A DNA stretch of 21,507 nt. Source: a virus. The first letter of the stretch is position 1; each line of letters starts with the position of its first letter. A program made the position numbers and the translations under genes. The stretch is taken from the IMG/VR virus record IMGVR_UViG_3300033121_001702; one strand, 5' to 3'. The notes under the pieces were generated by a model. It was not told the origin of the DNA. It ran no database searches and saw nothing but the letters and a program-made list of their open reading frames with translations. Below, piece by piece: positions 1-8,102 of this stretch.

Positions 1-261
1 TTCTTGTTTTGGGAGAACTGTAACCAGAGTTTTACGCTTATTGTCATAAATAACTCTGTACCAGTTATTTTCATAGCTGATTTCCCACACCGTAAGTCTT
101 AAAGACTGTCTTTCTACGAATATGGCTTTTTGGCTCTGAATTTGAGATATGAAATCTCTTAAAAGATGCCTATTTACGGACAATCCAAATCTTTCAGAAA
201 ACCGTTTTTTTACGTGCATCCTTTCAGATTGTAATTTAGTCGGAGCTTTCTTCTTTTTCAT
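1..261 (-). CDS. hypothetical protein, N-terminal 87 codons only; the gene runs off the window start
   Basis: ATG at 261-259 (minus), open frame to position 1 with no stop (MKKKKAPTKLQSERMHVKKRFSERFGL...); sits downstream of tRNA-Tyr on the same strand. Confidence 0.45.
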   Translation of the reverse strand, partial: MKKKKAPTKLQSERMHVKKRFSERFGLSVNRHLLRDFISQIQSQKAIFVERQSLRLTVWEISYENNWYRVIYDNKRKTLVTVLPKQE

Positions 262-277
262 AGTATATGTGTTTTTG

Positions 278-361
278 TGAGAGAGGAGGGATTCGAACCC
301 CCACACCCAAATGGGAACGATTTTACAGACCGTTGTAGCTCACCGTCTCTACAGCTCTCCC
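278..361 (-). tRNA. tRNA-Tyr (anticodon GUA), class II with a long variable arm; CCA not encoded
   Basis: Minus-strand read GGGAGAG-CT-GTAG-AGACGGTGAG-CTAC-A-ACGGT-CTGTAAA-ATCGT-(14-nt variable arm tCCCatttGGGtgt)-GGGGG-TTCGAAT-CCCTC-CTCTCTC-A. The 7-bp acceptor stem has one GU; anticodon loop CUGUAAA is identical to E. coli tRNA-Tyr; position 8 is C rather than U. Confidence 0.75.
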
Positions 362-374
362 AACTTATACCATC

Positions 375-400
375 AAAAAAGGCCCACAATACTGTGAGCC
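375..400 (-). terminator. rho-independent terminator (minus strand) between promoter P1 and tRNA-Tyr
   Basis: On the minus strand GGCUCACAg-uauu-GUGGGCC forms an 8-bp stem with one GU, followed by UUUUUU; on the plus strand the same stem has a C-A mismatch and only a weak T-run, so it is optimised for minus-strand transcripts. Confidence 0.5.
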
Positions 401-505
401 TTTTAATATATAAAATCACAGCTTATTTTAACCAACACAAAATGCTACTGGGGCTTCCAGTAGTTCGGGATAGGCTTTATAGACTGCGAGATTGTTCATA
501 ACTAT

Positions 506-534
506 AATATACAAAATTACTCAGAATTTGTCAA
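506..534 (-). promoter_or_regulatory. sigma70-type promoter P1: TTGACA-17nt-TATATT
   Basis: Minus-strand read TTGACAaattctgagtaattttgTATATTatag; -35 at 529-534, -10 at 506-511, spacer exactly 17 nt; near-identical to P2 at 4110-4138. Confidence 0.6.
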
Positions 535-743
535 GCGGGTTCGTAAGTTTTTTTGAAAATTTCTGGTTTACAGAAATACGGCTCTCCCTCAACTCCAATA
601 ATAAGGTAATCTCCAGGATTTCCGGTCATTACTCCTTCCAGAGTTTCAACCTGACAGGTTTCGTCGATTATAGCTGCTTGAATTACGACAGGTTTTTTTC
701 GATAATTTTGAAATTCAAGACCGTGCATATCTGTTTTATTCAT
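531..743 (-). CDS. hypothetical protein (70 aa)
   Basis: ORF track; same strand and packing as neighbours; overlaps the thioredoxin stop by 8 nt. Confidence 0.4.
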   Translation of the reverse strand: MNKTDMHGLEFQNYRKKPVVIQAAIIDETCQVETLEGVMTGNPGDYLIIGVEGEPYFCKPEIFKKTYEPA

Positions 744-1011
744 TTTGTGAATGCTTTTCTATTAATGCAGACAAAGCTGCTTTTGAGTGAAATCCAATTA
801 GCTTTTCTATAACTTCGTTGTTTTCATTTAAAAAAACTAACGTGGGGATAGACGTTATCAAGTGTATTTTAACTTCTGGAGTATCTTCTTCTACATCAAT
901 TTTTTCAACTTTAATTCGTCCGTCAAATTCGGTTTCCAATTCTTCTAAAATTGGAGTTTGTCTTTTACAGGGGCCGCACCAGTCGGCATAAAAATCTAAA
1001 ATTTTAATCAT
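736..1011 (-). CDS. thioredoxin
   Basis: Canonical WCGPC active site ([22 protein letters not shown]) and thioredoxin-fold length (91 aa). Confidence 0.85.
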   Translation of the reverse strand: MIKILDFYADWCGPCKRQTPILEELETEFDGRIKVEKIDVEEDTPEVKIHLITSIPTLVFLNENNEVIEKLIGFHSKAALSALIEKHSQNE

Positions 1012-1119
1012 TGTTTTCCTTCTTTTTATAAAGAGTAAGTGCAGTGTGTTCTTGGTGGGTCCCGGGGGATTAATAACAGCATCTGCACTTACTCTACAAA
1101 TTCTTATTCCAGCAATTAA

Positions 1120-2043
1120 TTAACTTCGTTGTTCGCTGGAAGTTGAAAAACCAACAGTACCAGATTCGGTAGCTGATTTTTTACGTGTTTCAATATTCTT
1201 TAGCTTTTCGATAGTATCTCGATAAGAAAGACCCAAACATTTTACTGCAACTACTAGTTCGGCTAAGGATGCAAAAGACAACCCTTCGCTTTCCTTAACC
1301 CACATTTCGATCTCCTGATTTGTTGAAGTGGTATTCAACTTCTTCAAAAGAAATTGTCGTCTGATTTCGGTTTTTGGCATATCAATGCGAAGAACTGTGT
1401 CAAAACGTCGTGGTCGTGCTGAAATTCGTTTATCTAACTCTTCTGGATAATTGGTGGTAGCTATGTTGATAACATGATTAATTTGTGACTCGCCGTCTAA
1501 TAATCGAAGAAAAGCACTTTCTTCGTATATTTTAACCAAATTATCTAAATCTTCGAACACACAAACAACAGGTTTTGTAGGCTCAATAAATCTAAATTTT
1601 GTAAGACCTTGTTCTAAAAATTCAGGATGTCCTGCTAAAAAACAAACTCCGCCTTGTGAGATAACGTGCAAAATAACTTGATGAACAATTGAAGTTTTAC
1701 CAGAACCCTGAGGTCCATAAAGTAAAAATCCTCGTTTGTGCACAAATTTATATGATTCAAAAGCAGTTGCGGTTGCCCAGAATTTGTTTGTTTCATTCAT
1801 TATTCGTTCGGATAAGTCATCTTTAAAAACAAACAATTCATCTGTATTTAAAGGCTGTGGAATATAAACTGGTTCACCATCATATTTGTCGATTCGATAA
1901 GAACCTGGACCTAAAGCTTTGTATGTATGCCCAACGGGTGAATAACCACCTAGCTTACTTACATATTGTGTGTAAAAATTTTTCTTAGTTGAACTTGTTG
2001 CTGCGACAGTTGGAGTAATATCAAAGGGATCAATTTGTTGCAT
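1120..2043 (-). CDS. AAA-family ATPase (classic AAA clade)
   Basis: Walker A LLYGPQGSGKTS, Walker B VVCVFEDLD, second region of homology ATTNYPEELDKRISARPRRFD (cf. ATNRPDxLDPALxRPGRFD). Confidence 0.8.
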   Translation of the reverse strand: MQQIDPFDITPTVAATSSTKKNFYTQYVSKLGGYSPVGHTYKALGPGSYRIDKYDGEPVYIPQPLNTDELFVFKDDLSERIMNETNKFWATATAFESYKFVHKRGFLLYGPQGSGKTSIVHQVILHVISQGGVCFLAGHPEFLEQGLTKFRFIEPTKPVVCVFEDLDNLVKIYEESAFLRLLDGESQINHVINIATTNYPEELDKRISARPRRFDTVLRIDMPKTEIRRQFLLKKLNTTSTNQEIEMWVKESEGLSFASLAELVVAVKCLGLSYRDTIEKLKNIETRKKSATESGTVGFSTSSEQRS

Positions 2044-2072
2044 TGTTTTTGTTTTTGTTTTTAGTTAGTTAA

Positions 2073-2282
2073 TTAACCACCACCGTAACAATATCCAGCA
2101 GTAGGTTCGTAATAAACATTTGGAGTTTTATCAAACTCATCTGGACCATTTATGTCATAGCCCAGTTTTTCTCTTACTAGTCTACGAGCTTCATCTTCAG
2201 TATATGCCATTGCAAAAGCAATACCAGAAGAGTAATCTTGTAGAACATCTTCCCAAACAAATAATTTTAGTTCTTCAGGCAT
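2073..2282 (-). CDS. hypothetical protein (69 aa)
   Basis: ORF track; gene-dense same-strand context. Confidence 0.4.
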   Translation of the reverse strand: MPEELKLFVWEDVLQDYSSGIAFAMAYTEDEARRLVREKLGYDINGPDEFDKTPNVYYEPTAGYCYGGG

Positions 2283-2392
2283 AATATTTCTTTCCTAAAT
2301 CATCACTGTGAAAAATCACTGTATATCCTAGAATGGTAACACATGCTAACATTCCTAAGAACCCAATGGTCATTATTATTTCAAATATCATT

Positions 2393-2599
2393 TTATTCTT
2401 CTTCTAATTCCTTTAAAGCTTCATCAAGGGCTTCTTCCAACTTATCATCATAAAAATGAAACATATCTTGAGGGCCTAGTCCTTTTAGATTAGATAATAA
2501 TTGACACAATCTAATATCGTGTTGATGCATGTATAGCTTAGTTAATTTGTCTATAAGACGTTGCTTGTCTTCTTTGTTACGATAGTTTATATATTCCAT
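2393..2599 (-). CDS. hypothetical protein (68 aa), acidic C-terminus
   Basis: ORF track; overlaps the thyX-like stop by 13 nt. Confidence 0.4.
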   Translation of the reverse strand: MEYINYRNKEDKQRLIDKLTKLYMHQHDIRLCQLLSNLKGLGPQDMFHFYDDKLEEALDEALKELEEE

Positions 2600-3558
2600 T
2601 TATTTCTCTCAATCATTTTCTGTACCACTTTCGGTGCTACATTGGCATTGATAACTTCAGATAGCATTAAACGTGCAACTTCCTGTATTTCAGGTTGCGC
2701 ATCTGGCGCTAAACGCTCACGTAATATATTCTCGAACGCACGAAGATTAAGAACTAACTTCATGTGAGTAATGAACGCAGTTCCAAGTATTCCACGAATA
2801 AATTCACGGGCGCGTTTATATTCTGCTTGAGTAATACGTTTTTCTTCAACCCAAGTTTTTAGCTCAGTAAGTTTATCTTCATAAGCCTTGTATTGTGCTT
2901 CTAACATACTTGCATACCAACCTTTTGGATTAACTCTAGAGATACAGTTATTCAATGTTGGTTCGCGTCGAACATTAAGAATTTTTTCTACATCTTCTGG
3001 CATTTCCAAAAACCGATTAGGAATTGTTCTATAACGGCCAGATAATTCATTCTGTGTGATATTATCACGACCCATTGGTGCAAAATTTGCAGTAATTTCT
3101 AAGCCACCAGCGGTAAACATCGTTAAATTATCAAGCAGTCTTTCATACCCACATGCTATGTAACTCCATTCTAATTCTTGCGGAGTCATTTCAGATTGTT
3201 TTTTTCCACTCGGAACATGTTTTAACGATTCTAAGTATTTACGCTGATATTGCTTATATAAGCGATTAACGCTATCTTCATCATAAACATTTCGAATATC
3301 CTGATACTGTTGTGTCATTCGATATTTATCAAGTTGACGTTCGATATAAATCGGTATCTCAAGATAAAATTCTAACCAAGTTGATTCCAACGGTGTTCCA
3401 TGACCTTGACCAACGACTATGTTTATAACTTTATCAATCTGTTCTTCTGTCTTTGTTTCAAATTTGTCTCTATCGTATGTGCTGGTCCACGCGCTTTCAC
3501 AAACCCGTTGGTCACCAGGTCCCCAGTGAGACAATAATTTAACTTTTATTTCGCTCAT
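2587..3558 (-). CDS. thyX: flavin-dependent thymidylate synthase ThyX-like protein, divergent
   Basis: Matches ThyX in three places: N-terminus (VKLLSHWGPGDQRVCESAWTS vs V-LL-h-p--------aaR-cy), GHGTPLESTWLEFYLEIPIYIERQ vs [24 protein letters not shown], and NELSGRY plus the C-terminal LNLRAFENILRERLAPDAQPEIQEVA block. The RHR of the RHRx7S motif reads KYR, and an insertion of about 85 aa separates it from NELSGRY. Confidence 0.6.
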   Translation of the reverse strand: MSEIKVKLLSHWGPGDQRVCESAWTSTYDRDKFETKTEEQIDKVINIVVGQGHGTPLESTWLEFYLEIPIYIERQLDKYRMTQQYQDIRNVYDEDSVNRLYKQYQRKYLESLKHVPSGKKQSEMTPQELEWSYIACGYERLLDNLTMFTAGGLEITANFAPMGRDNITQNELSGRYRTIPNRFLEMPEDVEKILNVRREPTLNNCISRVNPKGWYASMLEAQYKAYEDKLTELKTWVEEKRITQAEYKRAREFIRGILGTAFITHMKLVLNLRAFENILRERLAPDAQPEIQEVARLMLSEVINANVAPKVVQKMIERNKWNI

Positions 3559-4090
3559 TTTCTTCCATATCTTTTAATATTAATTTCATTTCATACAGAG
3601 TTGCATCATTTCGCAAAGCATTTGCTCTAAATGAAATAACTCTTACATTTCCTTTGATATATCCTTCAGAATTGTTAATTCTATCTAAAGTTGGTGATGT
3701 CATAATTGGACCATTTCCATTAAGATTTCGCTCTAATTTAATTCCAAGAATAGGACAATATTCAGGAATAGTTACATCTTCAATCGTTAGATTATATTCT
3801 AATCCTTTAGTTTTTGCACGATGACGTGCTTTAACTAGTAAACCCATTTCTGGATTGTCATGCCTCCATTTAGTTGCATAAGCTTTTCGTTCTTTAAATT
3901 TACGTTGTAAATAGTCTTTACTCCAAATACGTTTCTTTTCTTTTTGTTCTGGAGTTGAACGATACTTATTATGATATTCATTCAGACAATCTTTACATTG
4001 ATTGAGATAACCATCTTTGGATGCTGTTTTCTTTGAAAAACGTTCTATTGGTTTTTCTATCTGACATTTTTTACATATTTTAGTACTCAT
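3539..4090 (-). CDS. HNH homing endonuclease (free-standing)
   Basis: N-terminal CKKCqiekpierF...CKDC zinc motif typical of phage HNH endonucleases, and C-terminal LDRINNSEGYIKGNVRVISFRAN (HNH_3-like). SD GGAAAGGAG 8 nt before the ATG at 4090; overlaps the thyX-like start by 20 nt. Confidence 0.8.
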   Translation of the reverse strand: MSTKICKKCQIEKPIERFSKKTASKDGYLNQCKDCLNEYHNKYRSTPEQKEKKRIWSKDYLQRKFKERKAYATKWRHDNPEMGLLVKARHRAKTKGLEYNLTIEDVTIPEYCPILGIKLERNLNGNGPIMTSPTLDRINNSEGYIKGNVRVISFRANALRNDATLYEMKLILKDMEENERNKS

Positions 4091-4109
4091 AAGAAATCTC
4101 CTTTCCTAT

Positions 4110-4138
4110 AATATACTAAATTATGCAGAATTTGTCAA
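4110..4138 (-). promoter_or_regulatory. sigma70-type promoter P2 driving the HNH endonuclease gene
   Basis: Minus-strand read TTGACAaattctgcataatttagTATATTataggaaaggagatttcttATG; -35 at 4133-4138, -10 at 4110-4115, spacer 17 nt. Confidence 0.65.
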
Positions 4139-4161
4139 GTGTTTTTATAAAGAATATAGAT

Positions 4162-4190
4162 AAATAAAAAGAGCCGAAGCTCTTTCTTTA
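4162..4190. terminator. bidirectional rho-independent terminator
   Basis: AAGAGC-cgaa-GCTCTT hairpin flanked by A-run and T-run (aaaaAGAGCcgaaGCTCTttcttt); on the minus strand it follows the stop of the 4227..4529 gene. Confidence 0.5.
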
Positions 4191-4226
4191 TAACGTATCA
4201 GGAACAAAGTCCTCAGTTTATTTTTA

Positions 4227-4529
4227 CTAGTTTTCTTCTAAATATTTTTGCATATCCAAAAAGAAAACTTCTGCCCAAAGTTCGGTATGAAATTTTAACA
4301 TTTCTTCGTGACGCCTTCTTATTCGTAATTCAATCAAAGGCAGAAGGTCGTTTTGACCTTCTGATTCAGCATACGCATATAATCCAGCATCTGAGTCTTG
4401 TTTTTCGTACAAAACATTGTAACGTTCGAAATCTGGACCCAACTTTTCCAGAATTTCTGAATCCGTTAACGTTATACATTCATACGATTCGCCAAAAGGT
4501 TCCAGCTGATCCAAATCAAATTCACTCAT
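4227..4529 (-). CDS. hypothetical acidic protein (100 aa)
   Basis: ORF track; followed by the terminator at 4162-4190. Confidence 0.45.
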   Translation of the reverse strand: MSEFDLDQLEPFGESYECITLTDSEILEKLGPDFERYNVLYEKQDSDAGLYAYAESEGQNDLLPLIELRIRRRHEEMLKFHTELWAEVFFLDMQKYLEEN

Positions 4530-4580
4530 AACAATACCTTTGGTTGTTTACTTCTTATTCCACAAGAGAGTTAATTTTCA

Positions 4581-4784
4581 TTATTTAAATTTCTCCACGT
4601 CTTTTGCTATTTGATTTAGAATTACATCTAAATCTGTGTTTTGATAGAAAGGTGTTTCTACCGTTTCTTCGGGCTCTCTGTGCCATTCAGCATGAGCTTC
4701 GTATATGTTTTCGTGCGGCATAGTTATAACTAATACCATACCTTTTTGTGCGGTTAAAATTGTGTTAATTTGATTCATCGTCAT
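4581..4784 (-). CDS. hypothetical protein (67 aa)
   Basis: ORF track. Confidence 0.4.
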   Translation of the reverse strand: MTMNQINTILTAQKGMVLVITMPHENIYEAHAEWHREPEETVETPFYQNTDLDVILNQIAKDVEKFK

Positions 4785-4971
4785 ATTCTAATAAAATTTG
4801 TTCGGCTTCAAATTTGCCATATAAAGTTCTTAACTCTTCGATTAGAAAATTTAATCTTAATCTATCTTCATGGGATAAATTTGAAGGTATAGTTTCATTT
4901 TTTAATCCATTCCAATGATGTCTGAGCGCATGTCGAACTTCATTCCATTTTTCTGTAAAGTTGTTTGTCAT
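4765..4971 (-). CDS. hypothetical protein (68 aa)
   Basis: ORF track. Confidence 0.4.
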   Translation of the reverse strand: MTNNFTEKWNEVRHALRHHWNGLKNETIPSNLSHEDRLRLNFLIEELRTLYGKFEAEQILLEYDDESN

Positions 4972-5149
4972 TTTAAATCCTATAACTCATTTTAACATAT
5001 TCTTCTTCTGTAAATTTGAAATATCACAATCTTCGGTATGTGGAGCATTTTTGATTATTTCCCGAAGTTGAGCATTTTCTTCTTTGAGTTGTTTAACTTC
5101 TTCAGAATCGTCTACATCATCAAAATTCCATACATGTATGCTCATACTT

Positions 5150-5440
5150 TTATTGACCTTTTTTAACTCGAATAATTAACCAACTAAGTAAATTTATTTT
5201 ACCTTCACCAACTTGTTCTTGATAAGCAGCTTTTACAATATGGTATACTTTCGTAATCTCATCTTGCAATTCATCAGACATTTCTACTAAACTTTGAATA
5301 TGAAAATCCGCTTCAGCGACATCAAACTTTTCATCAGCAAACCACATACACCAAGCTCTATCATCCACAACACTGGTTACGGTCATTAGCGGTCCACCGC
5401 TTTTTAATTTTACAGTACTTCCAATTTTAATCATTTCCAA
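5150..5440 (-). CDS. hypothetical protein (96 aa), YodC/DUF2158-like small protein?
   Basis: ORF track; motif KLKSGGPLMTV, family assignment uncertain. Confidence 0.4.
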   Translation of the reverse strand: MEMIKIGSTVKLKSGGPLMTVTSVVDDRAWCMWFADEKFDVAEADFHIQSLVEMSDELQDEITKVYHIVKAAYQEQVGEGKINLLSWLIIRVKKGQ

Positions 5441-5660
5441 GTTTTCTCCCTAATTCACGCACTAACTTCATGATTTCTGCCAAACGCATATCGTTGGTTA
5501 ATTCATGATTATAATAAATATCTAACATATCTTCTTGAATCCCCTTGAATTCACTTAAGACACGAAGATGTTCTTCATTTGTGATTTGTTTCATTTTCAA
5601 TTCTTTCCAATATTTTGAGTTTTTCTTCATCGTTAAGCTTGGGCCATGCTGAAATCTCAT
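5427..5660 (-). CDS. hypothetical protein (77 aa)
   Basis: ORF track. Confidence 0.4.
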   Translation of the reverse strand: MRFQHGPSLTMKKNSKYWKELKMKQITNEEHLRVLSEFKGIQEDMLDIYYNHELTNDMRLAEIMKLVRELGRKLGND

Positions 5661-5740
5661 CGATAGTTCGTCTACACCCTAAACAGATATGATCATCGTC
5701 TAGGGTGCAGATTTTAATACATGGAGATTCAATCATTGAA

Positions 5741-6061
5741 TCACCAACTCACGTTTAATAAATAACGAGCTTCCGGAATCCATCCTTTAGCACACATGTC
5801 ATTTAAGATAATTTCAATCTCATCAATAGCATCGGATTTACCAGCGAAAACTTCTTCCATATCATAACCTTCATTATAACCATTTATATAATATGAATAA
5901 AGAGTATCGTTGTTAAATTCTCCGTGTAATAATACTTCAAAATTTTCTTCAAGTTCATATTTTTCAGTAATGAAACAGCCTAGGTCTGTATAATTAACTT
6001 CATACGCTTCGACTTCTTCAAATACATTTTCAAATTCAGAATAATCAATCTTTTTTCTCAT
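5741..6061 (-). CDS. hypothetical acidic protein (106 aa)
   Basis: The ORF-track entry 5741..6148 begins with GTG and overlaps the upstream gene by 104 nt; the internal ATG at 6061 has a strong SD (AAGGAGAGGG) and overlaps the upstream gene by only 17 nt. Confidence 0.5.
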   Translation of the reverse strand: MRKKIDYSEFENVFEEVEAYEVNYTDLGCFITEKYELEENFEVLLHGEFNNDTLYSYYINGYNEGYDMEEVFAGKSDAIDEIEIILNDMCAKGWIPEARYLLNVSW

Positions 6062-6428
6062 CCCTCTCCTTTTGACAGTCATCACAAACTGTTCTAACAT
6101 AATATTTGGTATAATTACGAGTTTTGCCCGGCTTTCCACAAATCTCACAAGTTTCCATAGATTCGGATTCGTATTTTGAAATGATATCTAATGATGCTCG
6201 TGTTTGTTCATTAGTATTTAAATAAAATCTTAATCCACCAAACTTTTCTTTGATTTGTACAACTTGCGCTGTTGGATCATTTGCTAGTACTTCAGCACAA
6301 CAACGATCAATTAAATCATACCAACCCTTTGCTACACTAATCCAATGTCCTTGGCAACGTGCGTAAATCTCGAATAAAGTTGGATATTTTTCTTGTAATG
6401 CTTTAAGCATGTTAAATTCTTCACTCAT
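6045..6428 (-). CDS. hypothetical zinc-ribbon protein
   Basis: C-terminal CEICGKPG...CDDC; start taken at ATG 6428 (SD GGAG 9 nt upstream) rather than the GTG at 6455. Confidence 0.45.
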   Translation of the reverse strand: MSEEFNMLKALQEKYPTLFEIYARCQGHWISVAKGWYDLIDRCCAEVLANDPTAQVVQIKEKFGGLRFYLNTNEQTRASLDIISKYESESMETCEICGKPGKTRNYTKYYVRTVCDDCQKERDEKKD

Positions 6429-6666
6429 CAAAAATCTCCAATTCACAGTTTTCACGAACTAGTTCTTCGAATAGTTCACCCAGTTTCCAAGTTTTTGTTT
6501 TTCTGTAGTATTTGAGTAAATTGCTTATTACCAATACTTCAGCACCTGTATCTTCTAAAATTTCAGATGCACTTTCGATTTTATTTCGGTTAGCATCTGA
6601 CGCTCTGTCGTATTTAACGACAACGTTCTCTTGTAATTTTTCACTAAATGCAATTAAGGTACTCAT
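6421..6666 (-). CDS. hypothetical protein (81 aa)
   Basis: ORF track. Confidence 0.4.
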   Translation of the reverse strand: MSTLIAFSEKLQENVVVKYDRASDANRNKIESASEILEDTGAEVLVISNLLKYYRKTKTWKLGELFEELVRENCELEIFDE

Positions 6667-6995
6667 TCTACTTCGACTTCTTGAATTATATAATCGCTGT
6701 CAATTGCATCCAATCGCAGCGCAGATTGTTCTTGTTGCTTATACCACTCTTCACCAGTTTGAATTAAACCGGTGCTATCTTCGTACCCTAAACACACGTA
6801 CCATAGTTTAGGATTTTTTGTTGATTGCTTAATGAAAACATCAATGATTTTATTATTAGGATCACTAACATGTTCACTTGTAGTTCCAATCAGTTTTACT
6901 GAAAGTTGTGCCTGGATTTTTGAGAAATCGTGAAATACCCAAATATCTCCTGTGCCCCAACAATTTTGTGCGTCTATGACAACGTACACTTTCAT
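6663..6995 (-). CDS. hypothetical protein (110 aa)
   Basis: ORF track; 4-nt overlap with the downstream gene. Confidence 0.45.
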   Translation of the reverse strand: MKVYVVIDAQNCWGTGDIWVFHDFSKIQAQLSVKLIGTTSEHVSDPNNKIIDVFIKQSTKNPKLWYVCLGYEDSTGLIQTGEEWYKQQEQSALRLDAIDSDYIIQEVEVE

Positions 6996-7270
6996 TATGG
7001 TATATCCTGCATTGTTATTGTTTCGCCTGTTGGCTCTAATCTGTATTCTCCAGCATCAATAAGAATAAAATTACGAATTGAATTACGGAAATTGTATTTT
7101 CTCATATTGGATAAATATCTTATTAAATCACCTTTATTTCGATACTTTACAATATCATGTCGTGATAACCATTGTTGTGTGTAAACGTTTATTAATTCTT
7201 CATATTTGACTTCAGCACAATAGTATCTATTCCAATTTTTTGAAGTTCCTGATAGTTTTGTATTTGCCAT
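6995..7270 (-). CDS. hypothetical basic protein
   Basis: The ORF-track entry 6995..7327 starts with TTG; the first ATG is at 7270 (MANTKLSG...). Confidence 0.4.
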   Translation of the reverse strand: MANTKLSGTSKNWNRYYCAEVKYEELINVYTQQWLSRHDIVKYRNKGDLIRYLSNMRKYNFRNSIRNFILIDAGEYRLEPTGETITMQDIP

Positions 7271-7446
7271 ATTAAAAAACCTTTTTGAATGCTTTATGGT
7301 TTGCAGAATTTTCATCTGGAATTGCAAATATTATATTACTTGATAGAGAATTTATAAAGTCTACCGCTTTTTTGTTTTTATTATTTATTTGTGTTATTTT
7401 CATATCTCGTGTGCGCGTTTAAATTTCTAATTTCTTTTTTAGAAAT

Positions 7447-7824
7447 TTAAGAATAATCGCCTGTCGCGTACCAACAGGGTTTTTTATATTTAAGACCAAT
7501 TTTTTTACAAAAATCTTCAATACGCTTATCCCATGCAGTTTCGTTTTTTATTTGATCAGCTGCCATTTTGTGTATATCTAATTTTTGATACATATCATAT
7601 TTATCATATGTCGCAGAAGGTATTCCAATAATATGATAAGTACCGTTATTACTATATTCTTGTAAATAACTATTTGTAACTATTTCTATATTAGATTTAT
7701 TTTTTACTTCTTCCCATACATCATCAATCTCTTCATCTAAATTAAATGCTTGCGCTGCTAATTCAATGACATTTTTTTCTGTATACATACCGTATACTAC
7801 GGCACAACTTGGCCAATTTCCCAT
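7447..7824 (-). CDS. hypothetical protein (125 aa)
   Basis: ORF track. Confidence 0.45.
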   Translation of the reverse strand: MGNWPSCAVVYGMYTEKNVIELAAQAFNLDEEIDDVWEEVKNKSNIEIVTNSYLQEYSNNGTYHIIGIPSATYDKYDMYQKLDIHKMAADQIKNETAWDKRIEDFCKKIGLKYKKPCWYATGDYS

Positions 7825-7826
7825 AT

Positions 7827-8102
7827 TTAATCCTCAGTTACTTTTTTTAAAATAGGATAATAACCTAATTCGAGTGAATTATAATTTAAATCGGATTGAA
7901 TAATAATTGGATTTTCCATAATAAAAGTACCAATCCAATGTGCTTCATCGACTTTTAGAATCTTATAATCCGTTATTCTATTATCTTTGATATTTGTTTT
8001 CTTTTTCATTTCAGACAAAACGAATTCACATGCATTTTGAAATTTTTCAAAATAGTGAATATCAGATTTATTGTCGAAAGGCATTGTTATATAAAATTCC
8101 AT
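7827..8102 (-). CDS. hypothetical protein
   Basis: ATG at 8102 overlaps the upstream TAA by 1 nt (TAATG), suggesting translational coupling; the ORF-track start at 8111 is also possible. Confidence 0.45.
   Translation of the reverse strand: MEFYITMPFDNKSDIHYFEKFQNACEFVLSEMKKKTNIKDNRITDYKILKVDEAHWIGTFIMENPIIIQSDLNYNSLELGYYPILKKVTED

Noticed and set aside
277-501. Plus-strand ORF of 74 aa
   Set aside because: Lies antisense across tRNA-Tyr, its terminator and the P1 leader; no RBS; almost certainly spurious
6061-6100. Plus-strand TTGACA-N17-TAACAT promoter-like match
   Set aside because: Weak -10 (4/6), inside a minus-strand coding region, nothing plausible downstream on the plus strand
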